In this document: positions 16,190 through 21,669 of the stretch, piece by piece | Layout: the number at the start of each line of letters is the position of its first letter | How positions within the stretch are numbered: position 1 is the stretch's first letter | DNA from: Nitrososphaerales archaeon | GTDB lineage: Archaea; Thermoproteota; Nitrososphaeria; Nitrososphaerales; CADDZS01 | DNA length: 24,000 nucleotides | Assembly (NCBI GenBank): GCA_030036955.1 | Contig: JASHSF010000070.1 | Coordinates: 1-24,000 of the forward strand | Reading direction: 5' to 3' | Notes under the pieces: model-generated | What the model was told of the DNA's origin: nothing | Database searches by the model: none | Seen by the model: the letters and a program-made list of their open reading frames with translations, nothing else | Translations under genes and position numbers: made by a program

Positions 16190-17749
16190 ATGGGTGGCTA
16201 TGATGTAATTATTGTCGGAGCAGGGCACAACGGGCTGGTCGCGGCCGGATACCTCTCGAAAAACGGGCTGCGAACACTAGTTGTCGAAAAATCTCATTTC
16301 CCCGGCGGATGCGTGCGGACGGAGGAGCTCTTCCCGGGATTCAAAGTTAATGTTTACAGCTTCGAGCAATACCTCATCCATTCGACTTCAATAATCTCAG
16401 ATCTTGAATTAGCGAAATATGGGCTACGCTACTACTCGGTGGATCCCACAATCTTCTCGCCGTTCAAAGACAAAAACTACATGCTGTTCTACAGAAACCT
16501 AGAGAAAACGATCAAGCACATCGAGCGTTTTTCAAAGCACGATGCTATTGAATATCGCAAACTTGCCGAGGAGTTTGATGCTCTGAACGAAATCCTTGCC
16601 GGAATGTCCCAAGGCGCTCCCGTCTCCTTTTTCGATCTGGCTGAAATGCTCAAAGGAACGGAATCCGATCTTCTATTCCAAGTAATACTGAGCAGCGCCA
16701 AGGAGATACTGGAGGAGCGATTTGAAACCGAGTACGTCAAGGTGCCGATTGCTTTTCTCGGGCCTGCTGCGATCGGCCTTCCGCCGTCTCAGAAAGGCAC
16801 TGGATGGACTCTCGGCTGGCACCTCAATGCCAAAATGCTTGCTCGCCCTTACGGCGGATCAGGGACATTGATAGAAGCACTCGTTAGCATGCTAAAGTCT
16901 AACGGCGGCGACATAATTCTAGATGCCGAGGTCAGTAAAATAAGCGTAAGAAACAACAAGGCCGTTGGCGTCGAACTAAGTGACAGCCGCAAGTTCGAGT
17001 CCAGAATAGTCGTTGCCGCGTGCGACCCAAAGCAGACCTTTCTCCGGCTCTTGGGGGAGGCTAATCTCGATCCAGGTCTAGTTTCAGAGATTAAGAAAAT
17101 TAAAATCGCAAACGGAATTGCGATGAAAGTTGATTACGCGCTAGAAGATCTTCCAACTTATTCTTGCGTCCCCTCTGATCCAGGCAACGAATGCCACAGG
17201 GCCGCCACATACATTTCACCGTCATTAGAAAGTCTGGAAAAAGCGTTCGACGAGTACAAGTACGGGAACAACCCCAGGGAACCGGGGTTGATGGTGGCAC
17301 TCCACAGCACGGGCGACCCTAGTCTAGCCCCTAGGGGAAAACACGTACTATCATTGGAGACTCGCTATACGCCTTTCAAGCTCTCGGGCGATCTCAGCTG
17401 GGATGAAATCAAGGAACAAGTGGCCGAAAGCCTTCTGGAAATATATTCCGAATATTGTCCAGGAGTCGAGAAACTCGTTTCAAAGAAATATGTTGCATCG
17501 CCGGTTGATTGGGAGAGGGAGCTGAATCTGCCACATGGCAACTTTCTCCACGCGGACATGTCGCTTGATCAGTTATTCAACTTGAGACCGGCCATAGGCA
17601 TAAGCCATTACGAGACGCCGATAGAAGGGCTGTTCATCACCGGAGCAGGCACCCATCCAGGCGGAGGAGTGAGTGGCGCACCGGGATACAATGCAGCCCA
17701 AGTAATTCTTGGGAAGATTGGAAAATCGGAACGCCCCAATTCTCTTTAG
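16190..17749 (+). CDS. FAD-dependent oxidoreductase of the phytoene desaturase (CrtI) / amine oxidase fold
   Basis: 519 aa. N-terminal dinucleotide-binding motif DVIIVGAGHNGLVAAGYLSKNGLRTLVVEK. C-terminal FITGAGTHPGGGVSG is typical of the CrtI-like family. No other carotenoid genes are nearby. Confidence 0.8.
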   Translation: MGGYDVIIVGAGHNGLVAAGYLSKNGLRTLVVEKSHFPGGCVRTEELFPGFKVNVYSFEQYLIHSTSIISDLELAKYGLRYYSVDPTIFSPFKDKNYMLFYRNLEKTIKHIERFSKHDAIEYRKLAEEFDALNEILAGMSQGAPVSFFDLAEMLKGTESDLLFQVILSSAKEILEERFETEYVKVPIAFLGPAAIGLPPSQKGTGWTLGWHLNAKMLARPYGGSGTLIEALVSMLKSNGGDIILDAEVSKISVRNNKAVGVELSDSRKFESRIVVAACDPKQTFLRLLGEANLDPGLVSEIKKIKIANGIAMKVDYALEDLPTYSCVPSDPGNECHRAATYISPSLESLEKAFDEYKYGNNPREPGLMVALHSTGDPSLAPRGKHVLSLETRYTPFKLSGDLSWDEIKEQVAESLLEIYSEYCPGVEKLVSKKYVASPVDWERELNLPHGNFLHADMSLDQLFNLRPAIGISHYETPIEGLFITGAGTHPGGGVSGAPGYNAAQVILGKIGKSERPNSL

Positions 17750-18738
17750 ATTTCAGCACGACTTTCCTTTCTTTCCTTTAAAATTTTTATCAAATGATCA
17801 TCGCGCATTTTGATAGTAGATTCTGCATTTCTTGAACCAGTCCAATCGTAGAATCCCTTGCCGGTTTTGATTCCAAGCTGCTTTCTCTCTACCATTTCTC
17901 GAAGTATTTTCTGGGGTTCCTCCGAGCTGTCCAAGGACTTGTAAAGGCCTCCTTTTGCAACGTTGTAAACTAGGTCGACTCCGGAAAGATCGGCAAGTTC
18001 GAGCGGCCCTAGAACTTCCAGTCTCGTTCCGAGGGCTTCCTTGACTATCGTGTCGATGTCTTCCGGAGTTGCCACGCCCTTTTCGACGAGTGAAGTTGCT
18101 TCGCGAATCATCGCGTACAGAATTCGTATCCCAATCTGGCCCGGAACGTCCTTGTTTACTACTGCAGGCTTTTTTCCGGCTTTGCGAAGGACTGAAACAG
18201 CACGTTGAATTGTATCATCTGATGTCCTTTCGCCCTTGACCACTTCGACAGCAGCCATAAGTTGAGGGGGGTTCCAAAAGTGAGCGCCGACGATCCTCTC
18301 GGGGTGCTTACAACTTTGAGCGATCTGAGAAACTGGCAGGCTCGAAGTATTGCTTGCAAGGACGCAATTGCTCGTTGATTCCTGATCAAGCGTAACAAAG
18401 AGTTCTTTCTTAGCCGCGAGATTTTCAAAGATCGCTTCCTCGATAAATGTGGCGTCTTTTGCGGCGCTCTTGAGATCAGTGGCGAAAGTGATCCTGTCCA
18501 ATATTTTTTCAGAACTTTCAGTTACTAATCCCGTGCCAGAGAGAAATTCCAAGGAATCTTTGATTCTTTCGCGTGCTCGTTCAAGCAGTTCAGAATTCAA
18601 ATCGACAAGGGTGACTTTGAATCCCGCCGTAGCGAATGCTTGTCCAATTCCACTGCCCATCAGTCCGGATCCGACAATCACGACTTTTTCTTGATTATAA
18701 TCGGTAGCTTTTGACATTTCTGAAATTATTTTGATCAA
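17746..18738 (-). CDS. 3-hydroxyacyl-CoA (3-hydroxybutyryl-CoA) dehydrogenase
   Basis: Rossmann motif VVIVGSGLMGSGIGQ, plus NTSSL and the catalytic His block GAHFWNPP. The ORF track starts at TTG 18738. ATG 18717 (MSKATDYNQEKVVIVGSG) is probably the real start, because a TTAAAAG box lies about 30 nt upstream of it. Confidence 0.85.
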   Translation of the reverse strand: MIKIISEMSKATDYNQEKVVIVGSGLMGSGIGQAFATAGFKVTLVDLNSELLERARERIKDSLEFLSGTGLVTESSEKILDRITFATDLKSAAKDATFIEEAIFENLAAKKELFVTLDQESTSNCVLASNTSSLPVSQIAQSCKHPERIVGAHFWNPPQLMAAVEVVKGERTSDDTIQRAVSVLRKAGKKPAVVNKDVPGQIGIRILYAMIREATSLVEKGVATPEDIDTIVKEALGTRLEVLGPLELADLSGVDLVYNVAKGGLYKSLDSSEEPQKILREMVERKQLGIKTGKGFYDWTGSRNAESTIKMRDDHLIKILKERKESRAEI

Positions 18739-18791
18739 TTTGCTTTTAACTTGATTCTTGCAATGGTGTCAATCTGTTCGGATCAAGACAG

Positions 18792-19748
18792 ATGGCTTCC
18801 ACTAGATTGCTTTTTGCGACGGATGTTCACGGAAGTGATCCGGTCTGGCAGAAATTTGTGAAAGGTGGGCAATTTTACAAAGCCGACGTGTTAATCCTGG
18901 GCGGAGACATCACCGGGAAGAACGTCGTGTCCGTAACTGAAAATTCTGATGGAACTTTTTCCGCGAATTTCCAGGGGCAAAAGCACGATTTCAAGAACAA
19001 GAGCGATGTCATGAATTTCGACAAGATTGTGCGGCGAACGGGATCCTACCTGTACGTAGCATCAAAATCAGAACTCGATGAACTGGCGCAGAACAAGGAA
19101 AAAGCTGATCAGATTTTCACTGACTTGATTCTACAGAGGCTAAAAGAATGGATCGATTACGCGGACAAATTCGCCACGACTCCGATCTACGTAAACGCGG
19201 GAAACGACGATGACGCTGGAGTAGATCCGATTATAGCTGCGAGCTCAAAGGTCACTCAGCCCGAGGAGAAAGTGGTTCTTGTGGACTCAAAGCACGAGAT
19301 GATTTCGGCAGGTTTCGCGAATATTACCCCCTGGCATTGCCCGAGAGATTACACTGAAGAAGAAATTGCGAAGCGTCTAGACCGGAAGATTTCATTGCTA
19401 AAAGACCCTCACTCTTCGATCTTTAACTTTCATTGCCCTCCCGTAAATTCCGGTCTTGACACCTGCCCTAAGCTTGATGCCTCCGTCTACCCTCCTAGAC
19501 CGATCATGAGTGGGGGCGGAGTAGTTCTGTTCGGGGCTGGTTCAACATCTGTAAGAGAAGCCATAGAAAGAGAGCAACCAATGCTCGGCCTGCACGGCCA
19601 CATACACGAATCAAAAAACATCTCAAGGATTGGCCGAACAGTCTGCATCAACCCCGGCAGCGAATACGGCGAGGGAGTATTGAGAGGAGTACTCGTGAAC
19701 ATTGATGATCAAAAAGGATACAGGTCCTATCAGTTCGTTTCAGGATGA
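18792..19748 (+). CDS. calcineurin-like metallophosphoesterase
   Basis: 318 aa. Motifs in the canonical order: ATDVHG (DxH), LGGDITG (GD), AGNDDD (a GNxD variant as in the YfcE/MJ0936 type) and LHGHIHES (GHxH). Confidence 0.8.
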   Translation: MASTRLLFATDVHGSDPVWQKFVKGGQFYKADVLILGGDITGKNVVSVTENSDGTFSANFQGQKHDFKNKSDVMNFDKIVRRTGSYLYVASKSELDELAQNKEKADQIFTDLILQRLKEWIDYADKFATTPIYVNAGNDDDAGVDPIIAASSKVTQPEEKVVLVDSKHEMISAGFANITPWHCPRDYTEEEIAKRLDRKISLLKDPHSSIFNFHCPPVNSGLDTCPKLDASVYPPRPIMSGGGVVLFGAGSTSVREAIEREQPMLGLHGHIHESKNISRIGRTVCINPGSEYGEGVLRGVLVNIDDQKGYRSYQFVSG

Positions 19749-19767
19749 CATCCACTTTCTACAATCC

Positions 19768-19774
19768 ATTTATA
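19768..19774 (+). promoter_or_regulatory. TATA box for APC permease 2
   Basis: ATTTATA is centred about 33 nt upstream of TTG 19804. Confidence 0.4.
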
Positions 19775-19785
19775 CCGAGAGCTCA

Positions 19786-19797
19786 AAAGTGAAAGTG
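19786..19797 (+). promoter_or_regulatory. tandem AAAGTG-AAAGTG element between the TATA box and the start of permease 2
   Basis: Exact direct repeat. Its reverse complement, CACTTT, lies at 19753..19758 on the other side of the TATA box. Confidence 0.35.
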
Positions 19798-19803
19798 TAG
19801 AAT

Positions 19804-21492
19804 TTGAGCAAGGACAAGCCAGTTTTTTCCCGCGCTTCCTCCGGACTAGTAAGAGAAATTTCTCCGCACCAAGCGTTCATCTACAATTTCATGGCAATTG
19901 GGTTCTACGGTTTCACCTGGGCAACCTTATTCTCGGTCGGCTACACAGGAGCCTTTCTCGGTGCAAATATCGGACTCGCAATAGTGCTTATGGCAATTTC
20001 TGCCGTTCCGTTCTACTTGTCTACAGCAATGCTAGCTTCGGCCATGCCAAGGGCTGGAGGAGACTACGTCTGGCAGAGCAGAACATTGCACCCTGCTCTT
20101 GCGTTCGCGAGCACTTTTTCCGCCTGGACCGTGTGGCAGTGGTATTTCGCCAGCTTTCTCGGGACCGTGATTTTCACTCTTGGTCTGCAACCCCTGTTCG
20201 CCCTCTTGGGAATGCAAACGGGCAATGCGTCGTATCAAACGATCGCAGCGGATCTAGCGATCGGATACTCCCAATACGACAACAACTATGTTTTCCTTGC
20301 GACGACACTCGTCATCATTCTGGGTTTCGCTGTAGCGGCCCTCGGAATAAAATTCTACGTCAGATTGCAGTATTTGCTTTTTGCGGGCTCTGGCATTTCC
20401 GCTTTTACGGTGCTCGGCGTTCTTGCATCCACGAGTCACTCACAGTTCATTTCAAGGTTCAACGCTTTCATGACGCCTCTTATCACTAGCACGAATGCAA
20501 CGCAGGCGACTGTCGTAGCCAACGCCGGAGGATATTACAACTACATAATATCGACTGCAGCGCTCAGCTCACCGAGCTTTAGCCTGTGGGCTACCTTTCT
20601 GCTCTTTGGAATAATTTGGATTTCTTTTGGATACGCGTTCTGGAGCATCTACAACCTGTCTGAAATCAAGAGGGCTGGAAATCTTAGCAGCCAATCTTTC
20701 ATGCAGGTCGGATCAAGTCTGTCCTTTGCGTTCTTTCTGCTCGCTCTTTGGTATCTAATTCAAAACGTAATAGGAATAGATTTCCTGCGTTCTTTTTTCA
20801 CTCTTTATGCAAACTTTGATCCATCCACGAATCCGCTGGCTTTCTTCTACACCCCGTACTATCCGGCACTAGTTGCCTCGATCAGCAGCAGTCCGCTTAT
20901 CTGGGGAATAATACTGGTGGGTCTGACATTCGGCCTCTTTCAAGTCATTCTAATCGTCTATTTTGCATCGACCAGAATAATGCTAGCTTCATCCATTGAT
21001 AGAGTTCTGCCGGAGAAAATCTCATACGTTAACGACAGAACGCATTCTCCGCTGGTTGCTCTAATCATTTCGGCCATAGGATGCGAAGCGTTTCTTTACC
21101 TGATCGTGTACCAGTATACATTCACGAGCTACTTTTCCACAGCAGGACTTGCGACTCAGATTGCGTACATATTGATCAGCGTTACAGCAATCGTATTTCC
21201 TTTCCGAAAGAAAGACATCTTCGAGGCGAGCCCAGCCAGCAAATACAAACTGGGAAGCCTACCGATTCTTTCTATCGTGGGCTTCCTTTCTCTGATAGTC
21301 AACCTGTTCATCGCGTACATTTTCATCTTCGGTCCGCCGCTCGGTTTCCTCTCCGTGTATTCAGCGAGCTCAATAGAATTCGTGATTGGAATCTTCGTTG
21401 CCTGCCTGTTGATTTACTTCATCGCTTACGGAGTAAGAAAGGGCCAAAAGATTGATCTGACTCTATCCTTCAAAGAAGTACCTCCTGAGTAG
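19804..21492 (+). CDS. APC-superfamily amino acid/polyamine-type permease (paralog 2)
   Basis: 562 aa, multi-span hydrophobic, with a PRAGGDYVW block, PFRKKDIF and a C-terminal EVPPE end. TTG start. Paralogous to 3366..4961. Confidence 0.85.
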   Translation: MSKDKPVFSRASSGLVREISPHQAFIYNFMAIGFYGFTWATLFSVGYTGAFLGANIGLAIVLMAISAVPFYLSTAMLASAMPRAGGDYVWQSRTLHPALAFASTFSAWTVWQWYFASFLGTVIFTLGLQPLFALLGMQTGNASYQTIAADLAIGYSQYDNNYVFLATTLVIILGFAVAALGIKFYVRLQYLLFAGSGISAFTVLGVLASTSHSQFISRFNAFMTPLITSTNATQATVVANAGGYYNYIISTAALSSPSFSLWATFLLFGIIWISFGYAFWSIYNLSEIKRAGNLSSQSFMQVGSSLSFAFFLLALWYLIQNVIGIDFLRSFFTLYANFDPSTNPLAFFYTPYYPALVASISSSPLIWGIILVGLTFGLFQVILIVYFASTRIMLASSIDRVLPEKISYVNDRTHSPLVALIISAIGCEAFLYLIVYQYTFTSYFSTAGLATQIAYILISVTAIVFPFRKKDIFEASPASKYKLGSLPILSIVGFLSLIVNLFIAYIFIFGPPLGFLSVYSASSIEFVIGIFVACLLIYFIAYGVRKGQKIDLTLSFKEVPPE

Positions 21493-21669
21493 ACAATCCC
21501 TGATCCGTCGTACTACTTGTCAGTTAGCGGTAGGGGCCGTGTCCAAGAGTTGTCTAATAGCATGACTTCATGCCAAAGAAGGTAGCAAAAGCTAATTATT
21601 CGTCTACTCGTTTTTACGCTATAATGACAGTATTCTTATGCCTACAAAGCAACTTAGAGCATAGGATAT

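Noticed and set aside
16190-17749. Carotenoid biosynthesis role for the CrtI-like flavoprotein
   Set aside because: No phytoene synthase, cyclase or other crt genes are nearby. The fold is shared with amine oxidases and many uncharacterised oxidoreductases, so only the fold-level call is kept.
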